Assembly: GCA_000934665.2 (NCBI GenBank) | Contig: JYFJ02000838.1 | Location: 1-64,000 of the forward strand | Direction of reading: 5' to 3' | From: Catajapyx aquilonaris | Lineage: Eukaryota | DNA length: 64,000 nucleotides | Shown: piece after piece, positions 37,411 to 49,500 of the stretch | How the letters are laid out: each line of letters opens with the position of its first letter | How positions within the stretch are numbered: position 1 is the stretch's first letter | Program-made: the position numbers and the translations under genes | Notes under the pieces: generated by a model | Database searches by the model: none | The model's input: only the letters and a program-made list of their open reading frames with translations | Told to the model about the DNA's origin: nothing

Positions 37411-38837
37411 GTAAGTCCGTCGATCATGGTAGCATCATGGAATGAATCTAAACCCTTTCTGCTCGATATCGTTAACTTAATTCACATGTAAATTTAATTT
37501 ACAGTACATATGTGACTAATAGTGTGGATTTGCATTTAACTCCTCTAACACGCTCTAACATAATCCTGCGTTGACTTATGAATACCTAACATCAGTATGA
37601 TGAGACTAACATTTGGAAGAAAATTGAGTTAGGCATTTGGTCCTTGAAGGGCCTATTTCGGAAAAAGTAAGTAGAGACTTCTAAGAATATATCTACAAAA
37701 ATTAAAGCCCTAAATTGATAATGCAATTTACAAACTTCAATATCTCCATAATAAGTCAAACGTGACTTTGAACATTCTACAATTCAAGTCATCATATGTG
37801 CTTAGTTTCAAAACTTGCGATCCTTGTACCCGGTCATTTTTTTTAAAATCACGACATTTAAGAGGGGCCTCTCAGGTCTGAAAGTGGCTGAAAGAATCCG
37901 TGACTTATCGCACTTTTTCTTTCGTTCTTTATTGCCACGCGAAATTATAAATGCTCCACTTCTTGTGCATGTAGTCAAAATAGCGTGATAACCTTCAGTT
38001 CTAGGTTCAATAGTATGTTTCTGCGCCGTAAAATCTCCGCTGAGATGCATCATATGTTGCATATATTGAAGTGCATTATCTTCTCCTATGTGGTGAATTC
38101 TTCATGTTAAGAATTCCTTGATAACCATTTCATATGGGAAATTTTTTTATTCCAAAGTACGATGAAAGTTGGTGAAGAACTTGATTAAATGGACCTGCTC
38201 TATTATGCAAGGTTTAAAGTTACAAAGCACGTACACTCTTTGCTATGCATGGAGATAATCGTCTTATAATTACTATATGTAATGGGTTGGATTTCCACGT
38301 ACCAGTATGGAAGTAAATATATCAAGTAATTCAGTGTGAATAGAGACTAGGACCTATCGGTAAAATCTAATTGCAACCTGGATCTATTTGTGACGTTAAG
38401 CACGACTTAATTTGTTTGAACCTCTACTATGACCTTGATTCAAAAAGACCTGAAACGTGATGTGTCGTCGCATATTAACAGCCACAAATTAACCTGCAAT
38501 TAAGAGGCACTAGTATTAAGAGTGATATATTTTGGAAGCATGGTCAATATTTTCCTGGGATTACTATGGATCGATATATCACGGATGTTGCATGAGTTGG
38601 GTGGTGATCATGCAACTGGAGGTGTCATGCATTTGTAAGGGTTTGCATTTTCTTCGCCTTCATGAGGTCACGCAGGTAGGAAGTGGCATGTTGAGATGTT
38701 GGAAGCATAGTTGGAAGAACACGTCAGATTCCAGTAATCCTAAACCTGACAAAAAAGGTTTTTTGCTTCAAAAAGAAACATTCTACGATGAATTTTCTTT
38801 TTCAGAAAGTTGTGCCTGTCATACACCGCAATCCTTT

Positions 38838-38863
38838 GAAAGTCTTGAAAGTCTTGAAAGTCT
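38838..38863. repeat. 9-bp tandem repeat (GAAAGTCTT) ~x3
   Basis: gaaagtcttgaaagtcttgaaagtct read directly. Confidence 0.8.
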
Positions 38864-39033
38864 CGAACAATGAACATAATTACTTTACTCTTTAACATTT
38901 TAATTATGTTCTCATATTTCAATAAAGGACGGACCTATTTAATAGCACACAGGCACGATCAAATTACCGCGAGTTTTTTCGTGTGTAAATATATAACTAT
39001 AGCAATTTCATAATTTTGTATTTCTTTTTAGGC

Positions 39034-42000
39034 ATGGCTTACACATGGGACAACAGGGTCAAGTTCGTCGTGCGATTTATGTACGGTAAGTAAATACAAC
39101 ACATTAAACTCAGTATGAATATTCCAGGGACGTTACTTTTTATGGAAAGAGAGACCGTGAAAGACCGTGAAAACGAATTCATCAGAACCTACCATTACCT
39201 GAACTGAAGCCTATAAAGACCTTCGTGAGCAATACGAGAATATGAAAGAGGAGTTGTCATATTTTATGCATTGATACAAAGTACCTCGGCAATAAGTAAT
39301 GCACGACTCCTCCGACTTCCAAGCCTCTTATCTCTCTCTCATTTATTATGCTTCATTGTCCGAAGTTGTCATTAGTAGGAGAAAGATGTGTTCTAATTAG
39401 TGGGTTTGTAGGCCTATACGTTCAAGGTAATTCTTATCCAGAACATGTCTTCACTTGCATTAGTTTAACTGTCTGAAAATGGTAACATCGTCTTTAACCT
39501 AAGAATTAATTAAAGTAAGCAAAGGATGAGAAAAAAAGTAGTAATAAAGTAACGAGATTTTTTTTAAAATGTGTAGTTGTTAATGAACGTGATCAAACGG
39601 ATAATATTCGTCATATAATTTTTTCGCTATTTTTACCGCTATTCACTGTACATGCTCTGCACACTTAATTTGCATTGTGCTACAATTCTGCATGTAACAC
39701 ATAATTCAATATTTGCAATAATAACTCTTTGTTCATGTGCTCCAAAAATCACTGGAACAAAATTTATTTACGTCAATCTCAGTTTTTCAGCAACTCTGTA
39801 CATCAACATGGCTCTGCAATATCCATTTGCATTTTCCAATAATTACCTTTCCAAAATTGCTGAAAAGTACTAAATTCGAAGTCATTGCCAAAACGTGAAA
39901 TATGACTGGCACCACGAAAAACATCAGTTAAAAGGGAGTGGTTGCCAATCGCATACCACAAGACCATTTCCTCTACATTCATCCTTTTTTATGTCCAAGT
40001 GGACCCGACAGGGAAGTCCAGTCTGACTGGAACCCATTCCTCATCATTACAACGTTATCACAATTTACTGCCTTTCTTATTTTGAGAAAGTATGGGACAG
40101 CCACATTGTGACAAAACGATATAATTTAAGGTATTGAATGCGACAGAATATTTTGTATGATTCGGGCAAGTTGTCCTGGACTAACTTTACACCGTATCAA
40201 ATATATACTGTCGCACAAATAAATTATGTTCAAATTTATTACAAATTCTACCATAATCAAAATTCGCTAAAAAAAATTTTTCTGGCACGGATCTGTCTAA
40301 ATGATAGGAAAATCTTCCAATAATCAATAGGTCTAGGCCATACTATTGATGGTCTCACTTAAGCACAAATAGCCTCGCAATGCAGATGCGATAAAAATTC
40401 AGAACTATTCCGAGCGTAAGAGTCGCGTTTTAATTTTCTAGGCAACGGAACAGTCTGGCACGTGAACCGGAACCATTTCCGTTGGAGTAAGCCTGTGTCT
40501 CTCTCTGTTGCTCCAAAAGCATTTAACATCTCGCCTTTTCATGGTGGGTGTATAAAGTTGAAGATTTATAGAGCAATTTGGGTGCTTTTGCTGTTGTCGA
40601 CGCTTGATTCGTGTCGGAAAAGACTGATCTTGGCTACAATGCAAGAGGAAATGAAACAGTAGGAAAGATTCATTACTATACTCACACTTTTTTTTCCGGG
40701 GGGTCTCCGGAATTTTCCGGATTGATTACGACCACAATGGGATTTAAGATTTGCTGACCTATCGGTAGTAGTTTATTTGGATGATGGCCATGCCGAAGGT
40801 TGAAACTACGGTTTAATTTTAGAAAAGATATGGAGGGAGTTTTTATTTCCGTTGCTGAGCGACCCCATTGTGGGCTGCATTTCAAAAATTTCGGTACTTC
40901 AGAGTAGTTGGAGAAGTCATATCCGAGGTTCAAGGCGGCCATCACATTTGCTCCTGTCTGGGGTCATTGAAATGACCTGTTGGAGTGCGGATAATTTTTT
41001 AAATTATTCTGGTGTTGCTTCCAATGTGCTAATTTGGATTTGTATTTCAGACATCGACAATAATGGGTACTTGGACAAAAACGACTTCGAGTGTTTGGCA
41101 TTGAGATCCACCATAATTGAAGGAAAAGGTGAATTTAATCGGACCAAGTTTGAGGAAAACTGCAAAGTGATGCGAAACCTTTGGAATGAAATTGCGGAAT
41201 TAGCTGATTTCAACAAGGTAAGACACATTTTAAACTATCTTTACTATCCATTACATAATTCCTTTTTACACAGCTTTACGTCATATTTTTTTTTGATTCT
41301 TCATAGGTGTCAGATTTATTTCTTCGACTTCTAAACGTATTGCATAAAATAGCCGTAAACCTGAAGCCTCTAGTCGTGTTTCCATTACGGTGCATTACAA
41401 CCGATCGATTTTATTTGCAATGTATAGGAATAGCTATTGCACATAAAACCCCAGGTGGCTCCCTACTTTGAAGCCTTAGGGCCAGATGAATACCAATGTG
41501 AAAAGCAATCAGGGCACATTTTGAACCGGGCGACATGGAATTGGATTGCTCGTAAAATCCAGGTTGTTTATTTGGTTAGCGATCCGGTCGATCGGATTCT
41601 GTTTTGTAATTCCATACTAGTGGATCATAATGGATGTGTAATAGCGGTTGCTAATGATCATGCGATCCTAGTGAAGGCTGAATTGAACTACGCGGTTAGT
41701 TTGATCAAGGTTGCCTTATGTTTAAAATCCAGTAGCTATTGGTATTCCTGTAGGTTTTCAAATTTCTATAGTAGATTCATAGTTCACCGGGCTTCCGAAT
41801 TTCAGGACGGCGTGGTCGATGCTGACGAGTTCAAATTGGCCGTTAAAAACGTCTGCGTGGGCAAGAGGTATGCCGAATTCCCCCAGGCCCTGAAGATGTT
41901 TATCGATAGTCGTTTTAATACGATAGACTTCAACGGTAGGTTTCTACTCTTGCACACCCCCGTCCCCCCGGAATGAGTGTTATTGACGCCAACTTTACTA

Positions 42001-45000
42001 CTTCTGACCGCTAACAGTTTTGTCCCTCGTGACCTGTCTTCTGGTGAACCATTTGTGGCATGCTGATTGGTGGTTGGTTGGACCTTTGTTTTATAACTCT
42101 TGCCCTCCCAGTGTGGCTTTGACCAGCCTAATTGAACCCTTGATCCCCCTAGAGGATTATTTTGGAGGCGGTAAAAATCCGGGTTTCTGCTGTAATAAGT
42201 ATTACAGGTGACTCCCTAGGGAGTCTAGTTGGCGCCACCGGTTTTTCTTGGCAAACACATTGTCGGTAGGGTATGGGAGGGGTTTAATGGCACTGCTTGC
42301 GTGGTTGTTAGGGTGGTTTTATAACCCTCTGTCACGGTAACCTGACGATAGACTAGAAATAGATGCTGAAGTTTGGGGGTAGGCTAGTTTGTTGGGAGGT
42401 CAAGCATTGTGGAGCAAAGTGACAAGTTCAGCCAGTGGGAAGTTCAAGAAAGCACGATTTCAAAATCAGATGTGAGAGAGGTTCTTACTGACATCTGACG
42501 TTATTTTTGATATCATTGGCAATGCTGCTGTAGAGGGGGGTGACAAATATGATGGCCTCAGCACGTACTCGATCAAGATGTTTACATAAGTAATATTAAT
42601 AAATTTCTAGAAATATTTTGTCACGATGCTGACAAGCAAGAGGCAACGGAATGGTAATATTGCAATTTTGAGGCAAATAGTTATTTTAGCCACGAACCCC
42701 TTTTATTAACAGTTTATTTAGATGTTAGACAGTGTTAAAAGTAGTTTAAATTTTCCGAAAATTTTCTTAGTGGGCAGCTGTTCGTTTTTATGCACAATTA
42801 TGTGTATGTATTGATTAATTTTGCCTTATAAAGTATATGAAGCTAGTGGATAAATTATAATGCCTAACATTAGCAGAAGTATCTAGATCTACCTCGCATA
42901 TATTGCGCCTCGACACATAGAAATATGGTAACACGCGTACTTATTATCCAAATCATTATTTTATTAGGTTTAGAATTCCAAAATGATAGGCTAATACTTT
43001 AATATGAATAAAAAGTATTGCATTTTATTTGACATGCTGTCTGTAGCTTTTTGTAGATTTTGCGCCGTTTTGCAGACAAAAAAACATATCGTAACCTGAC
43101 GTGGTTCATGTATAATACAGATATAATTTAAGTGCAGCTAATTTGCCCGCAATGTTTAATTTATAATCAAACTTACTAGCATGGCTGCTAGTGTGCTTAG
43201 TGTATTGCGATATGAAGATGCCTAATAACCGAAGCAAATATTATCTTCCAAGAAGCCAGTCACCTGAGTAGGAAAATAATTATTTTTGCCTCCTAAGCCT
43301 TTTTCTTCCTTACAGGATGGCCAGGTGACGGTAGATGAGTTCAAACAAACAGTGCAGAATCTGTGCATTGGGAAAGGATTTAGTGACTTCCCACAAGCAC
43401 TCAAAATATTTATTGACTCTCGCTTCAAAACTTCTGACATGGATGGTGAGTCCGTTGCTAAACTAGAAATTTTTCAGCAGAGACATTTTTCTTCTACCTA
43501 CACTTATGTTACGTGTTTTTTTTAAACCTACACCTTTTTTTTGCACTCTCTAGTAGCCAAATTTTCTTTTAGCCTAAAAGCGTACTTTGACCTTGACTAT
43601 AATTACGCAATACAACGTGGGCGCACATGGTTTCCAAATCTGTTGACATTCCACATATTTGCATTACATTTTCAAACCAGAGGGGAGTGCCCAGATAATT
43701 TTTGAAAATCAACTTTGTATTCGACATTTTTTTTTTAAACTGTATGCTCTCTGCTTTTTTATAAATAGAGCAGGAGATTATAACTGGAGGGCTGCATAAC
43801 CGGGAAGGTCAGGTTGCTTTTCCAATGACTCTGGCTTGCGATCAAGAGTGGGTGTAGACCAAAAAGGAAGCGTTTGAGACGTTAGATCTGGAACCACTTA
43901 CTTGCTCGGATTACTTTCCGATGCTAAGACAGCTTCGGAACTAAACAAGAACATTAATCAGAGTCGCACTAATGAGGCCCTTGGCTCCGAAGCTAGGGCG
44001 TAGCAATTAAAAGTTTTGCTAAATCTGAATGCTTATTTACACTTCTCGACTCGGCCTTGTTGATTTCATTATGTGCAAGCACGCCATTGTAGTTAGGAAA
44101 CGAATTCAAAGAGCTTTTTAGGATAAAACCCCCCCTATTTTAACTATTCCCACCTTTTCCCGTTGGTTAGAAACTCTGCTTTCGTGTCCCCAGCTTTTGA
44201 AGCATGAATTCTACCCAAGCTTTTTTTTAGTGTCATTTTTCGCATGGTGTGATCCTGTCACAAGCGGAATGCTTTCTGTTGGTTGGGGGATATTCTGACA
44301 CGTATTTGAAAATCCAAGGAAAAACCTTTGTGTCGTGGATGTGTATTTTTGGAGAGGAATTCTGGTAAATAGGTGTGCGTGTCAGTTGTGGGGGTCCATA
44401 ATTCTGGCCACCCCTGTCAAAGGCTTTGTGCTAACCTTTCTATTGGGGAGCAGAACGATAATAATGCATATGCATGTTAACATGTTGCAGTGCCTTGTCG
44501 CCAACATTGATTCTCGTACATAGTGCAGGCAGAAAGGATACTACTTTTTTGTCTGTGCTTTTGATTAATGTGAGGGGAACTCATGTGAAGTTTCATAAAA
44601 TGCATAATCTAAAAATGTAACATAACCACATTATATCAATATTGCACATTAAAAATATTTCTGTGAAAATTCATTGTCAAATACAACAATAATTAGCAAT
44701 ATGGCCTCATATTGTAGAAATTTTAAAGTACGATGAAGGCGTGGTTTAGAACCAAAATGCACATTTCGCATGAGCATGGTTATGTCATTCCATATTTTCG
44801 TTACTATACCATTATTTCATATGGCAGGCGACGGCGTGATCGGCATTCAGGAATTCCGATTTGATTGCGTGTCCCGGATGGCCTACAAGGACATTGAGGA
44901 CATTGACAACGCCTACCGGAAGCTTTGCAATGTAAGTACCTTTCGCACTTGTGTGGGTGGGTTTGTTACCAAGCTCCTTTGTCGAGATATCTGAAAGTGA

Positions 45001-46832
45001 CCGGAAGTAGAGCGTCCGGTGCACCTGTCGCTTCTCTTGCCTATTCACTAGATTTAGTGTCCCAAAAAAATCAGACTTCTTGAGTTCAGCCCCTTTTCGA
45101 GGCTGCTGCTGTTGGAGCTGGGATTTGCATGGAGAATGTTCTGGAGACCTCCTATCGACTTGCATCTGTCGAGCTTCTTGACTTTCACTTGGAAATTCGC
45201 AAAGTTTCCTCCGCCTCTACCACACACCTTCTAACGTCCTGACAAGTTGCTAAAATATTTGTTAACTTTGCTGAATACACAATACGATATTCTTCCATCA
45301 AGGGTAATTAGCTTCAATTTTGTTATTACCGTGCTGTAGCATCTAGTAGTGTGTAAAATTAATTCAAATATTTTTCAAGAATTTCTTTCCAGTCTCAAAA
45401 GCAATCTTCTTCCAGTAGTTTTTCTATACCTGAAAGGCTTTTTTTTTGTTATTTTTGTTTTTTGTCGGAGGCAGTAAGCGTAAGCGACTGGAATGCCGCA
45501 GTTCGCTTGATTCCGAAGTTCTTGTGTTCTTCAAAGTAGCTTTAAGGGTGGGACTGTTCTTAGGAAACCCTCCCCGATTGGTCCACAATCGATGCAGAAT
45601 CCCACCAAGTTTTGTTCTCAGACGAGAGCTACTCTCAGAACAAGATTCCAACTTGATTAAGCCCAAACAGAGAGAGGATTCTGAGGCGGGGATGTAGATT
45701 GAAAGTTGGGAACAGTGTGTCCACAACGGGCGAATGATTCCTTAAATTTGCTTATATTGTTATATGACAATATCCGCGGTTCTATCTGTGGCCAACAAAC
45801 ATATATGCAGAATTACCTCTAATTTGGCCATCCCAGAAAGATATAATTATCTTGTTGAAGGTTAATTAGAAAATGGGCAACATTTGTAATGTACTAGAGC
45901 GTAAAAGTATATATACATTTATGCACAGTACAATGTAGAGAGTTATTAATGTTTATTTTTTGGAACATGAGTAATCAATCATTATGCTTTGTAATTAAGT
46001 TACGTGTATATTACTACGAAAACCTGTCATCATCAAAATCTTGGCAGTAACTTGTTGAAAAAAGTCGTTACCACTCTTGCGGATTGTGACACTGATACTT
46101 ACGATAGATAGGCTACTCAGGTTATTTTCACTTTTTATCGGATATCGAATTTGGACAAAAAACTACTTTCCAAATTTCCTTCTTACGACTTTTTTCACAT
46201 GTATGGTGAGAGAGAACACGTAGCTAATTTAAGGTGCTTTCATTTCCACAACCTTTGAGAACATAATTAGCGAAAAAAAATCGAATTTAATATGCGCATG
46301 TCATAAATATTAGAGGGTCTAATCTCCTCAGATATTAATGAATTTTTACCAATAATTTGGACTTCTGTCGACCTCTAATGAGCTTCAGTCAGCGGATATT
46401 AAGGTTTATCTGAGATTATTAAATTAGTCTGTTCCTCAATTTCGCCTCACCTCACCCTCACCTTCACTTTAAACTTGCCCTATTTTCGGCCGCTGATATG
46501 CCTCTCTTTCGGGTTAGAAAATTATTACATGTTAACAATTGTATTAGTATAACTTCGTGCCGCATGCATATTGCATATTGTTGTATATTGCATCACTCAA
46601 TTTGTTGCTTTGTTTTCTGTTCCTTTCGTTACTCAATCTTCTTTTTCACGGAGTTGGCTTGTACTTGGGTCATTGCAGTAAAATCGCATTAATTTTGCTA
46701 CAGGACGAGGATCGCAAGAAGGGAGGTATCACCCTCTCACGCTACCAGGAGCTATACGCCGAATTCATCGGGAATCCAGAGGAGTCCATTTCCGCCGTCT
46801 ACCTCTTCGGACCTCTGCCGGAGCTCAGCTAA
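39034..46832 (+). CDS. Scp1: Sarcoplasmic calcium-binding protein (arthropod SCP, EF-hand Ca buffer), 193 aa
   Basis: Exons 39034-39085, 41051-41217, [41806-41935 OR 43316-43445], 44828-44931, 46704-46832 = 582 nt. Protein MAYTWDNRVKFVVRFMYDIDNNGYLDKNDFECLA...NLWNEIAELADFNKDG...GDGVIGIQEFRFDC...GGITLSRYQELYAEFIGNPEE..AVYLFGPL matches the crustacean/insect SCP pattern and length as I recall them. Confidence 0.95.
41806..41935 (+). CDS. Scp1: SCP mutually exclusive exon 4a
   Basis: tttcAG|GAC...AACG|GTAGGT, 130 nt, phase 0 to 1; DGVVDADEFKLAVKNVCVGKRYAEFPQALKMFIDSRFNTIDFN. Confidence 0.9.
43316..43445 (+). CDS. Scp1: SCP mutually exclusive exon 4b
   Basis: Polypyrimidine tract, then ttacAG|GAT...GATG|GTGAGT, 130 nt, phase 0 to 1; DGQVTVDEFKQTVQNLCIGKGFSDFPQALKIFIDSRFKTSDMD. 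Confidence 0.9.
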
Positions 46833-48530
46833 AAAGCATGAGCCGCACCATCATCCTTTAATTTTTTCCGCATCCGCCATCAGCAACAGTAACACACAAA
46901 AAAAAAATATCAAAAAATAGAGTACCAAAAAATAATGTTGGCCCAGGGAATTTCTCCATGTATCTGTACTGTCCACCCAGTTGGCATGGGTTCAAGGGGG
47001 ATAGAGAAACCAGCGGAGCCATTTTCTTCTGCCTCCCAGAATGTGTTAAGGAAACCACTATTTTGTGCTAGGGGAGATCTTTGGGGGTCTTACTAGAAAA
47101 GCCGGAGCCACAAGCAACTTGCTTCACATTTGGAGGGAGGGCCCTCCCAGATCGATTTCTTTCTCACAGTTCTGTTCTCTCGAGACGACAGTGGAGAGGA
47201 AACTGTCTTTCCACGCTATGCTCTAATCACATAATGGCCCGATAGGTCCCTAGATGTTGTGATGCTCTTTTCTCTCCCTAGGTGTGGTTTTCTTAACTCT
47301 GAAACTTCTAATTAGAGAATGGCCATTACTTATCCAAATTTTTCTAGCCATCTCTGTGATGGTACAACTCTGTGAGTAGGGGTAGTGTTGTAGTTGCACT
47401 CTTGAGAATTTTCACTAGGCTTTTATCATTTTATGTTTGGAGTTAAATAGCTCCGACGGATATTGATGGGGTAAACAAATTGTGTGTAATGCTGTGGTTG
47501 CGCTTAATGCTGCATATTTATTGCACTGTTATCACATTGGCCATATCTTGCCAAAATATCATTATGGCAATAGAGAAACCGCGAATTACACATATCAGGT
47601 TTGGTCTTCATAGATATCCAGAAAGACGACTTGATGCCAATTATAGCAGACTTGTAAAATATTTATTTTGACGCTCATAAATTCCCAAGGTTAAATTTAT
47701 GTCAAACACGATGATAACGAAGGTCACATTTTATACACACGGAATCTGTGACCATATTAGCATATGCACTAGTTTTTCATTGTAATGTACTATGGGAAGT
47801 GCATGCCGCTGGCGATCAATGTTAAAAAAAGTCCAGGCAAAGATGTAATTTTCAACCAATTGTTGATGCCTGATTAACTACATCTGCATTTAAACGCATA
47901 AGCGTACCAATCTTTAAAAAAAGCACTTAATTTCCCTCCCCATACAATCTGCTATTTCTCATGAGTAACAAAAACATTTTGTGGATACGTTCAGATTAGA
48001 AACAACCAAAATATCAGAGATGAATTATTACCACAAGTTTAGAAGCATACTACAGTATTTGAACAATGGCTATGTTGCGTTCCTCTTTTGGCTTGATATT
48101 GGCTGCTTTAGATGTTCAAAACTTGTTACTGCCGTATGGATCAACTTACTGTTTTGTTCATTCCAATGTTTGCTGTTTGTTACGTTTGGTATTGCGAATC
48201 CTTCGTTGCTGAGATGTGTTTGGATTGTTGAGCTAGCCTGGAGTTCTCTTACAAAAAAAAATCTTGGTCCACGAGTTTGATTCATTTAAAGAGAGGGAAC
48301 ATGGTTTAAGATGGCAATGTGCTTAGGTCATATCATCAGCATGGAAAACAATATAATAGAATAGATATATTTCTGATAGACCATCATAAAATGTTAATTA
48401 GTATTATAAAAAATTTAAGTAGGTTGGAAGTGTTGGATTCTACGTACGTTTTAACTACTCGAAATATTATTAATTTATATAATTCACTTTCATGTGAATG
48501 TACAGCATATCATTGGAAAAAAGTTGGTGA

Positions 48531-48536
48531 AATAAA
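48531..48536 (+). terminator. Candidate SCP polyadenylation signal (implies ~1.7-kb 3' UTR)
   Basis: First canonical AATAAA I could find on + after the SCP stop at 46832. Confidence 0.45.
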
Positions 48537-48623
48537 GCGTATACATATGTGTTAAAAAGGTGCTTATATAATTTCTGACATATTGGTCCATAAATTAAGT
48601 CGTGTGGCAATTGAGCAGGATAT

Positions 48624-48629
48624 TTTATT
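48624..48629 (-). terminator. Candidate polyadenylation signal of the SOGA/MTCL-like gene
   Basis: TTTATT on + (AATAAA on -) about 870 nt past the stop codon at 49501. Confidence 0.5.
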
Positions 48630-49500
48630 TATCACCATATGTGCAGAAACTTATACATTATTTCATCTACACATATTGAGAGCATATTTTTCAGAATCTT
48701 CACCATCATAATTCACAAACCAAAGTGCACTACTCTGAACTAGGACTAGTTCACTTTCATCACATGGGAAACACACCAGCCTCTTTGGAAAGGGGGGTGA
48801 TAGTTACATCAGGAACATGAGGTAAAACTTATTTTCTAACACCACTACTATCAAAGGTGCACTGACTGCTCTTCATACACTTTTTCCGGGGCAAGTCTTG
48901 AGGCTATGTCACTGTCTCCTCGGAATGGTCTTATCTATTACTTCCCCCATGACAGAAATTGTTCGCAGTCTCAAAACAGATGAATCCAAGTTGCACATCC
49001 GGGACCATTCCTCGTTTTGTTCTTCGACCCACTTGGCAAAAAAGCTAGTGTGACGGCCTTGGTCGCCTATATTTAAACAGCATTCATTCTTCTTACCTGA
49101 CGTATGTGCAATGAAAAAAAGCAACTAAAAAAAACGGCAGGCTTCCAAGCCTGCAAAATCAAGGATGAGTATAAAGGAAAAAGGTAGAACAGGAGTTGTC
49201 AACGTCAGCAAGGACGATATGAAAGGTACAAACAGAAGTAAGAAACGTAGAGAAAAGCAACAGAAAACTTCTAGAGCACATCTGAAAATGTCTTGGCAAT
49301 GTTTCAGGGTCATCGACTTGGAAATGTAGGCGACCTCCCAACAGTCCTTAACGATGGTAAAACCATTGTCTCATCTTAGCTGTCACTCTGACAAGGTGCC
49401 GTAAACATTAAAATGCCCCGTGCAATCCCAATCGAGCACTACTTTTCTTAAACCGTCGACGCCGTAATAAATAGTAACCAATCGAGTGCCGAGTGTCCGA

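Noticed and set aside
40694..41973. 10-nt complementarity TTCCGGGGGG (40694) / CCCCCCGGAA (41964) as a docking-selector pair
   Set aside because: Low complexity, short, and it would loop out constitutive exon 3; there is no counterpart near exon 4b.
43446..46703. A third SCP exon-4 variant or duplicated exons 5/6
   Set aside because: No further DG..DEFK / FP.A.K.F-like segment with splice sites was found by eye.
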